In this document: in pieces, positions 62,450 to 64,000 of the stretch
Layout of the letters: each line of letters starts with the position of its first letter
How positions within the stretch are numbered: position 1 is the first letter of the stretch
NCBI GenBank assembly: GCA_038087875.1
Contig: CM075982.1
Location: 55,428,001 to 55,492,000 of the forward strand
Reading direction: 5' to 3'
Length of the DNA stretch: 64,000 bases
Origin: Malacoraja senta
Taxonomy: Eukaryota
Notes under the pieces: generated by a model
Database searches by the model: none
Told to the model about the DNA's origin: nothing
What the model saw: the letters and a program-made list of their open reading frames with translations, nothing else
Position numbers and translations under genes: made by a program

Positions 62450-62540
62450 AAGAGGTCTCAGCCCGAAACATCACCCATTCCTTCTCTACAGAGATGCTGC
62501 CTGTCCCGCTGAGTTACTCCAGCATTTTGTGTCTATCTTC
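62450..62540 (+). mobile_element. Short tail-less Penelope-derived arm
   Basis: CCCGAAACATCACCCATTCC...GTGTCTATCTTC with a 10-bp TSD GAATGAGAGA at 62440-62449 and 62541-62550. Confidence 0.8.
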
Positions 62541-62554
62541 GAATGAGAGAGATA

Positions 62555-62897
62555 GACATAGTTAAACAGCACTGAAACAAGCCCTTTAGTCCACCAAATC
62601 TGTACAGAACATCAACCACCCATTTTTACACTAATCCCATTTTATCTTCCCCACATTCCTATCACATCCCCCAGATTCAACCACTCACTTAGTCTCTTGT
62701 AATAATTCACAATAGTTAATTGACTTCTCAACCTGCATGACTTTGGGATTTGAGAGGAAACCAAAGCTTCGAAGGAAACCCACGTGGTCACAGGGAGAAC
62801 ATGCAAACTCAATGCAGGTGATATCTGAGGTCAGGATTGACATCGATCATTGGAGTGTTGAAATGCCTGTATTAAAAGCTGCACCATTGTGCCACCA
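62555..62897 (-). mobile_element. Older V-SINE copy
   Basis: GAAACCCACGTGGTCACAGGGAGAACATGCAAACTC core and a diverged tRNA head. Confidence 0.7.
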
Positions 62898-64000
62898 CAT
62901 ATTAGGAACATTGTGTTAAATAAATCCATTTACAATAAGAATCCCGTGTAATAACAGCTTATCCAGAATCTACTGGTGGATTCCTCTTGGAAACAATATA
63001 TATTTTAAAAATCAGCTCAGACATTCAAAGGCTTTATGTCTGATGGAGTAAGAATTGTAAGGATATTTGTCTGTTGCTCAGGTAACATTAACATCCTTGT
63101 AGATAAGCTTATCTGTATGGGAGAGGGCTAATCATCCTGAGATTGAGCTCTGCAACTGCAACGTGATATACAGCCTTCACGTCACCTTGTGTGTGTGTGC
63201 TGTCTGTGAGCATAGTTTCCTGTAATAAATCTATAATCTAAGACGCTGCTTATCGAATTCTCATTCCCGGCACAGAGACAAACGCACCAAGTGTATCCCT
63301 CTCGCATCATTAATCAACAGCTACAGTATAAGAAGTACGATTTAGACTACAGACATAGATTTCCCAATAGGAAAACCTGTTTTGAAGAGTAAGAGATTGA
63401 AGATATCAAGTGGCTATACTGGAGGCACTTAAAGTACAGAAGATGTTTGTTTTATATACATAGATATCTATCCAATGCGATTTAGAGATTTAATGCGCTT
63501 TACTTTAATACTAAGGCACAGCATTATCTCAGAGTATATTGCATCTGTACCACTGGAGGTAATTGAGAAGATATTTAAGTTTTGCACCAAGGGGAGATTA
63601 CGTTATGTGCCTCACATAGCGTCACTGGCTGGAATCACTTTACAATTGGATCCTTCCTTGTGATTGTCATCTTATTCAGCCAAGACATCACCACTGGATA
63701 AAAAAAAGGCATTGAAACTCACTTCAGGCATGTGTGCAGTTGATTCCCTTCTCAATTGAACCAGATAAACAAAGCTGTTCAATTCCGCAGATGAGCTGCT
63801 TGCCTTCTGATGCAAAGAACCGCTGAAGCAATGTGACATTCAGAACCCTTCATTCAAACTCCTTCAATTTCATGAACAGAGAAGTCTGTTTGTTGATTAA
63901 AATACAGATGGTGTTTGATACCAATTATTTCATCTTGTGCATTAATGTCCACTGCTCAGGAAGTTGCATTGAAGCTTTATTTTTTGTACATTGAAAGCAA

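Overview
Eukaryotic, AT-rich, repeat-dense genomic DNA with no recognisable host protein-coding exon, so probably a large intron or intergenic region. HE1-type V-SINEs, HER1/CR1 LINEs, Rex1 and Penelope repeats point to a cartilaginous fish, most likely a skate or ray (inference). The only intact gene is the 1396-aa gag-pol of a full-length, very young Ty3/Gypsy (Mag-like) LTR retrotransposon (38296-43281). It has identical 224-bp LTRs, a tRNA-Leu primer-binding site and a polypurine tract, and sits inside an inverted Penelope-like element bounded by a 14-bp target-site duplication (TSD). The most striking non-obvious structure is a family of about 15 short Penelope-derived insertions carrying a minimal hammerhead-ribozyme core (CTGAAGA-stem II-GAAACGTC). 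Many form asymmetric foldback palindromes with a 31-40 nt tail on one arm and 9-14 bp TSDs. Also present: a complete but decayed IR/DR Tc1 transposon, a Harbinger MITE, a hAT MITE, a non-autonomous Helitron, and fragments of CR1, L2, Tx1-L1, RTE and Rex1 LINEs. Most short ORFs in the track are repeat remnants or chance ORFs.
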